Assembly: GCA_051294905.1 (NCBI GenBank)
Contig: CM119372.1
Location: 18,664,001-18,728,000 of the forward strand
Length of the DNA stretch: 64,000 nt
Direction of reading: 5' to 3'
Source: Botryllus schlosseri
Lineage: Eukaryota
Under the pieces are notes generated by a model that was not told the DNA's origin, searched no databases, and saw only the letters and a program-made list of their open reading frames with translations. The translations under genes were made by a program, and so were the position numbers. Of this stretch, positions 11,622 through 24,167 are shown piece after piece. Numbering within the stretch: position 1 is the stretch's first letter; every line of letters begins with the position of its first letter.

Positions 11622-14600
11622 GCAGACTACTCAACATCTTGCCAGAAGTTCTTGTGAAATCTTGCCTATAGATGAAAGACCATTAATTGATGAACGAATG
11701 TACAAGATATGATCTGACGATTGAACGTACTTTTCATGAGAGTGTCATTTAGTAAGGCAACAGATTTTGAGCACATCACTCATAGGTCTTCTTTGAGTGG
11801 ATGATACAATGAGAATGAAGTTTGTAGAAGCTTGGTTATTATATCGTACTCTTTTCGACACGCGAATTCTGAAAAATCTATGTCACAATAAGCGCAATTT
11901 GTGTTACACCTAATCATTTGCAAGGTTGGCTATCCATATCTGCTACAATTACCGAGCGCAGAGATTTTTCAAGTCTAATCCATTGCGAATGATGCAAGCA
12001 TTCTGATAACAGCCCTCCAAAAATATGTCTTCTCTCACCACGAGTTGTGGGTGGGAGAGTGTTCTCCATTGAGTAGCAGATCTATCTGCAGAGACTCTCA
12101 AAATTTTGGAGAACAGAGAGCAGAATGAGAGATCATTAGTTGTGCAAGAGTCCTTAATGTCAAGTCGACTCGTCGATAGCCAGTGAAAATATAAGTTGTC
12201 TTTCCTCATTAACCTTTGTCTGTATGGAGATCGTCAAACTGTGTTTGGCAATATCATCTTGCCGGACGCTTGAATTGTACGACGCGAGAGAAGGAATTTG
12301 GAGAATAAATCAGTTTCCTTACCAGGATGAATGCACCTAACAACGTCCACGAGACATCGCTTTGTAGTTCGCCATCTGAATAAGGCTTTCCCGCTGCACC
12401 AAGATGATATGCGACTATATAAGACGCTTCGCACAACTTATTTTTCGACTGAATGAAAGATGATATGCAAGATGTCTGCATTTGCACACTTTTCTTCAAA
12501 CTTTCGAGACGACTTTTCCTCGACTCACCCATCATTTTTGCGTACTTGTGTGACTCATGACGACGAAAATGCTGCCTTGCATTATCTCCTTTAACAGTTT
12601 TGACCACTTGATTGCATATCAGACACATCATAGTATGGGCTGCCGTTTCTACCATAAAATAATCCAACTCCCATTTGATATTAAATGCCCTCTTCTCCTC
12701 TGTTACTGTTCTTTTTCGTTTTACTGACATATTGCGATGTAGACCAACTTTATAATGTAATTGGGCTATAAGGAAAAAGTTTCGTCTCAATGTATTATTC
12801 TCTTTCCGTTTGCTCAATACACCCACACCCACTCAATGTTATCCGCTTACCAAGGCTTTTATAACTACGGTTCAACCTATCGCAGTATCGCCAATAGGCC
12901 CCTCACATTTGGACTTCGCGACAAGACTGACTAAGCTTAGTCCTTGGTCCTCATACTTAACCGACATTGGCGAAGTGTGACGTAACAATGCAATAAGAAA
13001 ACGCTAGGCGAAGTCAGCTTTACCGGCAACCGGTAGTCATGACAAGTGACGACTGGAAATAAAATTATCCAATTCACTGAAGGCGTTACACAGACAATTA
13101 CGGGTTCATGTTAATGGAAACTTTCAAGATTGTATAGAAACTCCTTCTGTCCACATACATGAGGATTGGTCAATTTCATAATGGTTGACTCCAATACATA
13201 CAGATAAGAAGCAGATCTATATTTAGCAATCATTATTGTGCCCTCAACTCTCGATAAAGTGCACGATAGTCGCATATTCGTATCGCAGGAAGCCTAATAA
13301 GCAAATCTGAAATTGAAGAACCCGGACGAGGACGGGGCTCGTTCACTTTCGGACCATAAACACATTTTCCCCGTAAGGATGTAGTGAGTTTGGTCCGAAA
13401 GTGAACGAGCCCCGCAGGTCCGTCTTTTAGTGGGTAGATTGCAGTATTATATTATGTCGATTGAAGCAGCTGGAAACGCAGTCACAGAGTATGAAGTGAA
13501 AGAGTTTACCACAGTGATTTAACAATACCCTCCATCGTCGTAATAAGTTTTATCATACATGTAACATATGATCCATCAACACACGGCCGCCAGCACATGC
13601 ATTTCACATCACGCGCTCACGGCCGCACAATTATGCCTCCACGGCCGCATGCGGCCGTACGGCCGCAGGTTGCCCACCCCTGCTGTAGAGCAACAACTTG
13701 ACGTGATAGAAGAAAACCAGCGACATTTTTGGAATTAGCACATCAAAATTAGCCTAAATCAGGTACTAAATCGAAGTCAACAAATTTGTCGTTCAAAATT
13801 AGTGCCCAGTGTAATCCGCGATTAGCCTACGCAGCCGAAAGTTGAAATTCAAAGAAGTTCTGGAGCACTAAATATTTGTTTACTGTAGTCAGGGGTAAAC
13901 CCTTTCTTTAAGTTAGTTACTGCCGAGCGGGTGGCCGTGTTTAAGGAATATAATTTAAGTCGGTCTTATGACAAAACACGAAGACATAGAATCGGTCAAG
14001 GGAGGGTGAATTTCAGAAGAACTGCAAGCTCGCTCAACAACAAAGGCTATTTCGCCAAGCTGTACACTCCTCAGAAGGCAGCGACCAAGACATTAAGCTT
14101 GTAGTATCCCAACTCCATTTTAATGTATTGATAGAAAAAACGCGGATAGGGGTTTAAATAGAGCTCAAAATGTACCATGTTTAACATTGTTTCGAAATAT
14201 GACGGTAAACAAATATATATTTTTTGGTTATGTTCAATTGTCACATGATTAAATGTTGCATGCGGAGGTGTCGTGGTGCTCGATTGTCGCATGATCAAAT
14301 GTCACACGCGGAAGTGTCGTGATGCTCGAGTGCCGCATGCCAAACTGCACCATGTCTATGTGGCCCTATGCTCTTGTGCAGGGGTGGGCAACCTGCGGCC
14401 GTAGAAGGAAATTTGTGCGGCCGTGACACGTAATTTAATTAGGCCTACTATTTGTTTGCGGCCGTCGACAGGCCAATTGAATTTACGAAATGATCCCGAA
14501 TGAGAGATTTTAAGTAATCTTGAATTTTTTTTTCGCGCCTTGCGCGATGCAATGCTATATTTATTTTTTCGATTTTATTATAGTAGCGCCCTTTGCAATC

Positions 14601-17600
14601 TGAACCCCCCAGTACATATGCGAACAGCAGAGGAAAATGATGCGCTCCATATATAAGTACCAAGTTGGAATCGTGTGCTCCTCACGAAAGAAATTTGTTT
14701 CTGGTACGTTCAGGCGATTCCAATCTATTGACACTATAGCCTACCAGCAATCCTGATGGGAGGTCAAGAAATAACAGCATGCAATAAAGTGACTAATAAC
14801 AATTGGTTCAACCGAAGATGCATCATCATGTGCAACTTGCCCTAAATTTCTGGAGACGCTACCTCCATCAACTCCACCAGTAAACCTGATCACATGGACT
14901 GATAAATGATAAATATTTGATGGTAATAGGGAAGATGTGGTACCGATGAGACACTGGGACCGAAAATACTTGAAAAATTCTCTGTGATAATCCCATGATT
15001 ACAGTACGCGAATTTGTCTTCAATGGCATGCTGGCAGAATCTTTCCTCACATGCAAAAAACTTCGACCTGCGTGAGTTATGGGATCTGTGACAAATGATT
15101 GACGTTTTAGGAGGTGTAAACTGTAAAGCAAATTTGGATCGACAAATACATTTTTCTATATAACCTTCCAGACTAACAAACCCGCCATCATTTTTGATGT
15201 GAAGTATAGGGCTTGTATCAGGGTATTTGATGGGACATATTTTTTTGAATCAGTGCCATCCTCGAGTGGACTATTTTCAATTCAATTACAATATTTATAT
15301 AGGGCTGGGGACCTATGGTACCATAGCCAAATCAAGCAAAATAGATGGACCAACTAACCATTTAACAACAGAAACACGCCTACATATAGAGAGGCTGTAA
15401 ATCATAGACCTGTGGCGTTTTATTGCTATTACGAGGTATTTGAAAGTCAAAATGTAGATATGTATGTGGCATTAATTTTGTAAGTTTGGGCTTAAATCAA
15501 AACGTGATTTTGCGCCATCATTTGAGTTGATAGAATCTATTCTATTGTTGAAGGTGGCGACGAAACATTCTTCATCGGCTTGCTGCAGCGTAGATTATAG
15601 TAAACAACAAAACAAGTTGACAAATTCGAGTTTTTGAGCGTATGTCTCAAAGGTCCCATGGTCGTGTACCTTATTTGGACCCACCGGATGGGGACCGATG
15701 ATACGTTCGAGCAACAAATTTTAAACGTTTGTAAATATTATTTGAAAAGGCGGATATTCATCTAAATGTCCGCGATAGGTAGAGCTTGTATGGAAGTGTC
15801 GAGACAGCCAAATATCTGCTATTCTCGGCTGAAGATTTGAGGGACATTTGAGGATGTGAGAGATCATTTGGCAATTTTTGATCCATCGGTACCACATCTC
15901 CCCTACATGAATCTACTAGTAACAATGACAAAATTAATTTGTGAATCTGAAAACCATAATTTGCCACAGTACTTATTCAAAACATGTTCACTCGCGATTC
16001 CGGTGCGCATAGTATTTTGATATGAGAATGTAGAATAGCCAAAATTTCACCAGAAATGGACATGGACAGTTTAACATGGGTATTTAGCGCCCAGCTAGCT
16101 CATTACGGTTTATGCACTTGAATGCGGCTGTAGGTTACATAGGTAATCGAAATGCGGCCGTGAATAGCAAAAAGGTTGCCCACCCCTGCTCTTGTGTAAC
16201 CATGCTCAATGCTCATATGAATACATTGTCAAGTGTCCCCATGTGGAATGTGTCCCCATGTTCATGTGTCTCCATATTGCCCATATGTCCCAATGCCGAT
16301 GTGTCACCATGCCAATATATCCCCACGCCAATGTGTCACCATGCTGAGGTGTCCAAATGCTGTTATGACACCATGTTGATGTGTCCCCGTGCTCATGTGT
16401 CATCAATCGTCATGCTAATGTGTCCCTACGCTCATGCTTCACCATGATCATGTGTGCCCCCCCCCCCCCCCTATGTTGTTGTGTCGTATGCTCAACAGTC
16501 GTTTTTCATTTTGTCGCATGCTCAAATGTCGGGCAACCCAACCGGATAGTTGGATATGGTATTGCAGTCTAGGGATTGTGTGAACCTCATGACATCACGT
16601 GACGTCATATTGCTAATCCCAACCCTACATTTCAGTGAAGTGATATATATTAATGTACACGGTACCTAGCGACGACTCGGGCCACATAATGCCACAATGC
16701 TGAGGTACATACTGACTTTTTAAACGTCGTCAACTATCAACTGGAGCAATCAAATCATATAATAATCCCATAAAATCAATATCTTGTGTCACTTTACCAA
16801 CAATTACGACGAGGACTTGCAAGAGAATATAAGCTTAATACGCCTTCTCGGTCTAGCCCAGACCTGACAATGTACTCGGCTTCTGAGTGTTGCTACGTTG
16901 ATATTGATGATAGTGTAAAACGGGTTTTACCCCGTTAACAAGTTATACAGCAGTAGCCAACACCCCAATCGTACGGATTTGGTTTTTATGATATATTAAG
17001 CATATGAAATTGAGATGGACCACGTACGCTTGCTAGATTTTTTTACATCAAGCAATGATATCAATTTCATTGATTGCTTGAATAAGCATAATTCGCTGAC
17101 TATACCTACCTACTAGTGCGGAGCATGGACCGGAGCCGGATTGGATATCCGGCCGGATTTTTACAATTTTGGCCGGACCGGATCGGAGCCGGATCAGTAC
17201 TTTTTCTGTTACGGCCGGAGCCGGATCACTACTTTTTTGATCCGGCCAGAATCTTTATGGATAAGCATGACTTTTATAACTATATAACTACCAACCAACC
17301 ACACGTAAGTAACCTCCAAGCCAGTGTGAACATAAACGAGGCATATTTATCAATTCACGGAACCTCCGTACCGAGTAGGGCCGGATTTCTGGCCGGGCTT
17401 TTTCATTTTTGGCCGGACCGGATTGGAGCCGGACCAGTACTTTTCCAGATACGGCCGGAGCCGGACCAGAGAATTGAACAACCGGGTCGGAGCCGGACCA
17501 GAGAATTTGTCGATCCGCTCCGCAGTACTACCTACATGTAGCGTATTTCGCTCTTGATGTTATATGATTTGGGGTCAAGCTCACAGCAGAGAGTCACTAA

Positions 17601-19639
17601 ATATACACAAACAGAAAGCTGGATATTGCGAGCAAACTTTTGTAACAAAGCAGGTATCATTTTTGAGATTGTAAAGGTGCATGCTCGTTTACTCTTGATT
17701 TTTATGCTGCCAGCGCCATGCATAGTGGCCCGCAGTTGAAATGCAATAAATTTCAATCAAAGATGTTATAATGACGTGAAAATTGTAATATATGAAAAAG
17801 GTTCATGGTGCAGAACCTATCAAGGTTCGTTTGTGAACGTGAACTTCTAAATTTCTGAGGTTCGCACACAGAACGCGAACGTGAACCTCACGTTCACACC
17901 ATCCCTATATTGCACCTTATCCTTTTCAACTTCCTGAGGTTTCGTATTTTATCCTGCATTTTGGCTAATAATTCTGGAATGGGCTACCGCTACATGCGTA
18001 GGTTATTAGCAGTTCTACGTAGGCGTGAGCGATACAGCGCCTTTATGCATGTGCATATAATCAACTTTTTATTCGTTCCTCGATTCAGAATAAATAGATA
18101 CTCCATCTGTATTTAAAACAGTTAGCATAATGCAGTGGTTCCCAAAGTGGGCGCCAGCGCCCCCTGGGGGCGTTCGCGAGCGTGAAAGGGGCGCTGGCTA
18201 TGAAATGGGCGATTGGGGGGCGCTGGCTATAAAATTGGGCGGTAGGGGGCGCTGAGAGAAAACGGCGGCGGTGTAGGTTTAGAAAGCAACTGCTGCGTAT
18301 ACTGCTAAAACGATTGATTAATATAGCAGCTAGATTCGCAGTCAAAATGTAGAATCGATTAGGTATAAGGGCAATTTAAGGCCGTCCGTCTATTTATTCA
18401 GCTGTACCGGAAAAGTCCATTATTATTTGACAATGTTGATACTGCCCATCAATGGACAGGATGGATCGAGTGACTTGACTTGACTCGAGTCAAAATGTGC
18501 AATGACTCGTGACTCGAAGGTAGTGACTTGATCCTAACACTGGCCTATTCTTGAGTGTTTGTCCAAATACACGAGACTTGAATCAAGTAATACGGAATGT
18601 ATCGGGCAGTGTTGGGATGACTCGAGTCATGACTTGACTCGAAACAACTTTTTCGTATGACTTGACTTGACTCGAGTCACTTTGCAAAAAGGACTTGACT
18701 TGGCACTTCAGAAATGTTTATTGACTCGTGACTCGGAGCAAAATTGTACGTTTCACTGATCCTCGATTGTTACATCACAGATAAATTGACCGCAAACGAA
18801 ACGATCACAGCTTATACGTTGTCGTAGTAGCAGTATATTATTAATATAATAGCAACGTGTAGCCTATCTTTGTTTTTAGACGGCTCAGTGCTCACATTTA
18901 CCAACGCTCTTCTGATTTAAATTGAACGAATATAGTTTATGCGCTTATATTCTCACGAATCTGCAGATGGGGAGTGTATATTGTACCCAGGGCTGTGGAG
19001 TCGGTAAATTTTACCACCGACTCCGGCTCCGACTCCGACTCCACACATTTTCAATATTCCGACTCCTGAGTCTTTAAATGTACCGACTCCGACTCCTGGG
19101 TCTTTGAACGTACCGACTCCGACTCCAGCATTATTACCAATTTACTTCGAAAATTATATGCCACATTGTCAGTTGAATGACTATCATACAACCATTAAAC
19201 AAATGCAAACATATGATTAACTGTGGCATGCTAAACTGTTTCATTGTGGCACAGCTCGAATTATCCACTATGCAATTAACATGAAATAAAGATTTGCTAA
19301 ATATCCTTCCTCATTCAAGTTTTTATAAAATGAACTCTCTAATATCCTGAAATGAATGAATCATTCAAATATGGCAGATATCCAATCCTGTATAATAAAA
19401 ATGTAGATAAAAAATTCACGTGTAGCTCTTGTGTATGACTCAGCAACTAATAAAGAAATTAAACTTACTAATTTTGTCATTGCACACTATCCTGATTACA
19501 AGCACAAACACTCTTACTACTAATGATAGACATTGGTCATAAATGGAATTTAGTCAAGTAGTCAAAGACCATAGCCAGACTTGTACAAACTAAACATTTA
19601 GTTAGTTGACGGTCAACTAACTAACAGTTTTTTGAGTAG
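11622..19639 (+). repeat. Near-identical direct copy of ~3615-11521 (offset 8118 bp); probable assembly false duplication
   Basis: The ORF track is duplicated exactly with a +8118 offset. The first ~740 bp after the gap is an insertion-riddled version of 3615-4245. The copy contains duplicates of the hAT right half (ends 13682) and of the elements at 14379-16188, 16570-17907 and 17114-17527. Confidence 0.9.
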
Positions 19640-21459
19640 TTCTAGTTCTAGTTGTAGTTGCGGATTTTGAAAATTGCGTAGTTCTAGTTCTAGTTGTAGT
19701 TGCGGATTTTGAAAATTCTGTAGTTCTAGTTCTAGTTGTAGTTGCAGATTTTGAAAATTCAGTAGTTCTAGTTGTAGTTGTAGTTGTGCATTTCAAAAAA
19801 ATATTAGTTGCCGAACAACTAGAAAACACTCGTTTGTCCGGCGTGATGAGAACAAGTGAGGTTACTGAGGGTTACTGATGTGATCATGACAAAGGCTGAA
19901 ATGCTCATTGTTGGATCATAGTTAATACATTGATTATGCCGAGTTCACTGATAACTCGTCAAATTTACAACAATCGACAGTGCGCAGGGACACGCGATCT
20001 CCCGCTGAGGTTGTTTACTAATTGCCAATTAGTAATTGGAATGTGAACTAGTGATCTCCTGATGTGCGCTGGCGAGTATTATCTCGGAACTAAGCTGTCG
20101 CGTCTGTTAAACTTACGAGATTTGATTCGTGATGATGACGCCGACCACGCCTGCCCAGTGCCCAGGCACCAAGAGAAGACGATCTGGATTTGCCCAAGGT
20201 ATCTTTACAAGGGAAATTGCAGAGAAGGTACCTTGACTCAATTTTTGTAACCTCAGACCAGTGTTCAACGGAAAAGGGGATAGTGATATGTCTAATTTGT
20301 AAGCGGTTGAAATCGAGAAAAACTGAGTTCTGCGGACATGGTATTTCGGTCTCGAATTATGTGAGCCATCTCACCAACTGCCACAGCAAGTAAGCCTCCA
20401 CATACCGACAGACTCTGGAACTGATGGATCAACAAAGGCAGGAGCTTGCTGATCAAGCCCAATTGGATGGCAAGGAAAGGCGAAAGCCCGGTAGTCAGCC
20501 GACAATGTTTTCACATTTCAAGTGCCAATTCCTCAAAATTTCCCCAACGTCATCCGCACCAGAAGCATCTGAATGATTTGCTGATCAACACAGTAGCCTG
20601 TGACGGCTTACCCATGAGCATTGTGGATCGCCCTCAATACAAGGAACTGATGAATGCGATGGTGCCAAAATATTCTCTGCCTGATCGCAGAACAATTTGC
20701 TCCTCGCTCCTCGGTAAGCTAGACTATAAAATCTAAAATTCTACAGAGGTGTCAACAAGCTCCCCTGGGTCGTCTCCTCATGGCTCTCCAACGCGCAAGA
20801 AACCGAGACTCTCACTCTTCAACTTTCTACCTCCAAGTCAGTGTCGCCCGCTTGAAGTTAAATCCGGCCCGTCTGAGGTGAAAAAGTATGACTGGGAACA
20901 GCGACTACCCCTGGGTCAGAATGTGCTAAACTATTGACGGAATATGACCGACTTGCCAGAATTACGAAACTTGGCAACAGATATTCTTGGGATGACTGCG
21001 ACATCTACGCCCAGTGAAAGGGCTTTCTCGCATGCTGGGATTTTGTATTCCCCAAAGCGGGCAAAACTCAACGAAAAAACATTTCCGCGACTCATGTTGA
21101 TTCGCTGCAATCAGCAACAGCTGCAGAAAATGGTTTAGTTTATCCTGTGCTGATTACAGAATAGTTCTGTCTGTCTGATTTTTCAGTAATTTCGTTGTAC
21201 TGACGTTCATGTGGAAGGCTGGAATGGAACGCCGAATTCGAATAAAATAAAAATGAATGAGTTGATTGAGAATTAAATTTAGTTAGTTGTGTGTTAGTTA
21301 GTTGCCGATATTTAAATTTCGTTAGTTCTAGTTCTAGTTGCGAGTTTTGAAAATTGAGTAGTTCTAGTTATAGTTCTAGTTGCGGAATTTGAAAATTAAG
21401 TAGTTCTAGTTCTAGTTCTAGTTGCGCTTTATGAAAATTCAGTAGTTTGTACAAGTCTG
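19576..21459 (+). mobile_element. Internally deleted Ac-family hAT transposon with TAGTTC subterminal arrays
   Basis: TIRs CAGACTTGTACAAACTA / TAGTTTGTACAAGTCTG; perfect TSD ACCATAGC (19568-19575, 21460-21467); (TAGTTC)n and ~40-bp subterminal repeats at 19630-19800 and 21280-21445. Confidence 0.93.
20130..21138 (+). pseudogene. Disrupted Ac/ZBED1-like hAT transposase lacking the catalytic core
   Basis: BED-like finger (CLIC...HLTNCH) and the D.LP.SIV....F..L..A..P.Y.LP.R segment (DGLPMSIVDRPQYKELMNAMVPKYSLPDRRTI) are followed directly by the hATC region (LPELRNLATDILGMTATSTPSERAFSHAG...KRAKL). Stops and frameshifts lie between the pieces. Confidence 0.85.
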
Positions 21460-22934
21460 ACCATAGCCAATGTCTAGTCTACATGTACTTAATCAAGTAT
21501 TCAAGGATTGGGACTTGCAGTCTTTCTTAATCATTTGTTCGACCCAAACAGCTAAGCTACACTGCAAATATTTTTAATTTTGTCAAGTGGGAAGCATCGT
21601 TTGGTCATATTTACATCATTTTTACAATTTTACAAAACCAGCCGATGCATTTTCTCTGTCACAGTATCATGGTATAATTCCAAAAATTGCATCAATTTTG
21701 ACTGCATCGCGAAAACGCATCTTGCGATTTTCTTGCCCTCTGCAACTGAGTTGTAATTTGCAAGTAATGTCTAATTTTATCTATATCAGGGGTGGGCAAC
21801 TTTTTCGGCGAAAGGGACACCTGAGATTTACGAACCATTGCGCGGGCAACTGGAATGTTGATAACCTTTTTTTAGTCGTCGATAGGAGCGAACCGAATTA
21901 GGTAACATTGCAAACAAGACTTATATTAATACGCTCTAAAATTGATAACAATATGTCATGCAACTGTGCAGTGCGCAAACAGGCCCAGGTCGCGCGAAGC
22001 GACTCCGACTCCGACTCCAGCAAGCGAAAATTACCCCGACTCCGACTCCACAGCCCTGATTGTACCACATCAATTTGTTCAACTTCTCGAGGCTTCGTAT
22101 TCGATCCTCAATATTGGCTGATAATAACACACTGTAGCATGTAGCCATACAGTTACTCACGCATTTTATTAGCAATTCTACGTGCGCGCGAGCGATACCA
22201 CACCTTTTTGCATATATATTTAACTTTATATTTATTATTTGATTCAAGATTGATGGTCGATTAATGTGTCCTTCATCCAGTTACCAAATGTAATGACTTT
22301 AGCATCATTCATCACTCATACATCGAAAATTCAATTTGACTTGAATTGTAACTTGTAACTAAACTTAACTCTTGGCTTGACTTGACTCGAGTCACCTCCA
22401 AAGAACGATTAGTGATTTGACTTGACTCGAGTAACCTTTGAAAAACGATTGACTTGACTCGAGTCAAAGTGTGCAATGACTCGAGATGACCCGTGACTCG
22501 AAGGTAGTGACTTAATTGATCCCAACACTGCAATACGCTTACAAATGCATTTTGCGTTCGACATATCTCAGGGCAATTAACTATTTAAGCTACAATTTCA
22601 TCGGAATACTAATACTGAACTTCCGTTATCTATTTGAAGAACCACGATGGAATTTAAACGTCCGATTTTCTGTAGTAACTAGGCTACATAAGTGGCCACT
22701 GGCCATATATATACGGGTACAGCGGTACACGATTTCGTGAATTTAACTACTGTGTGGAGTGATCATAAGCGCGATTCCGCCTGCACAAAAACCGCGTCTA
22801 ATTTGATGTCAACCCACCTGGTCACTTTAGTAGAATATTGTAATTGGTAAGGCGACAATACCCAAATACCCAATTATCTCCTCCAAGCAACTATTTTTTG
22901 ACTCTATATAAATCAGTATAATATCGCCTCTAGC

Positions 22935-23507
22935 TTAAAATAGTCCATTTGTTAGCTGCTTGTAAACAGACATTCTTCGTAACTTTGAAAGATGCTGTGC
23001 TCCTCTTGTTACGATGCCAGAAATATTCTCACCACTTCGTTCTCGTCCTGTATCCAGCAGCTTCACCATAACCTTCAGAAATTCTTCGAAATCTATTGTC
23101 CCTGAACCATCACTGTCCATCTCGTCGAAACATCTCTTTCTATATTTTGGATCGCTGAATTCTCCAAATTCGTCCAACACTGAATTCATTTCTTTGAAGT
23201 CAATCACGCCATCGCGATTGAGGTCAAAGATCTCAAATTGAATTTTATAATCTCCAATATCTTCAGCTGACCATTGAGGAAATCTTCTCGCGTAGTCATC
23301 ATTAGCCACATCTGTCAAAAGTCTTTTTCTCGTATTATTGTTTCGTCGTAAAGCAAATATTTCTTCGCAGTGAGTACGGTGAAGAAGGTCAATCTTGTTC
23401 TCTTCCTTCTTTACATCTAGTTTTCTTTCTCCAAAGGCATTGTAGTCACAGGATCGATGGTAGCTTACGTTTTCCGCTCCTAAAGGGTACGCGAGTAGAT
23501 TCCCCAT
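22935..23507 (-). CDS. Two-EF-hand calcium-binding protein, 190 aa (EFHD/swiprosin- or AIF1-like EF pair), single coding exon
   Basis: Canonical EF loops DLNRDGVIDFKE and DSDGSGTIDFEE with flanking helices; FPQWSAEDI preceding EF1; in-frame stop immediately before the ATG; N-terminal MG. Confidence 0.85.
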   Translation of the reverse strand: MGNLLAYPLGAENVSYHRSCDYNAFGERKLDVKKEENKIDLLHRTHCEEIFALRRNNNTRKRLLTDVANDDYARRFPQWSAEDIGDYKIQFEIFDLNRDGVIDFKEMNSVLDEFGEFSDPKYRKRCFDEMDSDGSGTIDFEEFLKVMVKLLDTGRERSGENISGIVTRGAQHLSKLRRMSVYKQLTNGLF

Positions 23508-24167
23508 TTAGGTATATTCAGTCTTTCAAAGCAATAAGACCTGACTGGCAAGTACGTACCTCTAGGATGCATAACGAAACCATTGTCAACAATATAAATC
23601 ATGACAATGACAAATGATTGAGATTCCTGTGTCGAAACAGTAGGTATCAGTATCTGTTTATACAATTGTTGCGAAACAATTTCGATCTCATTCGAACGTC
23701 ACATGCTCCGAAAGCTGTACCCTGCAGATTTCAATCTTCAACTTTGCTGTATAAATCGCAAGCTGATGCTGCTGCGCAACCCTAAAATAAATATAGATGT
23801 CAGCTGATGCGTGTAATTTGATCCGCGTATTGATATTTGATACTCTGACTTGGCCGTCGGCACATTGGCAGCGACCAGCGAGTGTTGTTGGATCATCCCT
23901 CTTACGCTCAGATGGTATTGTCAGAGTTTTATCGAATGTCCTCATATAGAATGTAATTTCACCAAGCAGTTGTCGTTGTAATTCGATGAAAAAAGCAATA
24001 GCAGTCTACCGCAAATGTACGTGAGTATCATAGAAGTTGACGATAATTTATGTATCAGGCCAGGAGGCCATCATGTCATTTCACGGTTGAGTTGACCATC
24101 CGTCGGCATCGCCATAACTTAGCTTATTCGTTCACCGTTAACTTACCATTTCTTTCAGTATCGCGTC

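Larger units (their letters stand above)
18988..22058. mobile_element. CAGGGCTGTGGAGTCGG hAT-like MITE with CCGACT arrays
   Basis: TIRs CAGGGCTGTGGAGTCGG / CCGACTCCACAGCCCTG; perfect TSD ATTGTACC (18980-18987, 22059-22066). Confidence 0.92.
18607..22530. mobile_element. CAGTGTTGGGAT / GACTCGAGTC-array hAT-like MITE (outer shell of a three-level nest)
   Basis: TIRs CAGTGTTGGGAT (18607) / ATCCCAACACTG (22530); GACTT and GACTCGAGTC arrays. Collinear with the uninterrupted copy at 52168-53095 once inserts are removed. No TSD found. Its left part is also duplicated at 10489-11521. Confidence 0.8.

Noticed and set aside
11949..12832. Second, frameshifted hAT transposase as a genuine pseudogene
   Set aside because: Errors are almost all small insertions concentrated next to the gap, while the rest of the 8-kb copy is near-identical; best explained as contig-end sequencing noise.
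19617..19829. Thr-rich mucin-like ORF or CRISPR-like regularly spaced repeats
   Set aside because: These are subterminal TAGTTC/~40-bp repeats of a hAT element; the 'spacers' are near-identical, there are no cas genes, and the DNA is eukaryotic.
23731..24149. Calmodulin-style ATG-only first exon (ATG|GTAAGT, minus strand, 24149-24141) spliced to TTTTAG|GGTTGC (23781), giving MGCAAAS...
   Set aside because: The frame stops after 17 codons and cannot be joined to the EF-hand ORF, which has an in-frame stop just before its ATG; at most a 5' UTR exon or uORF.
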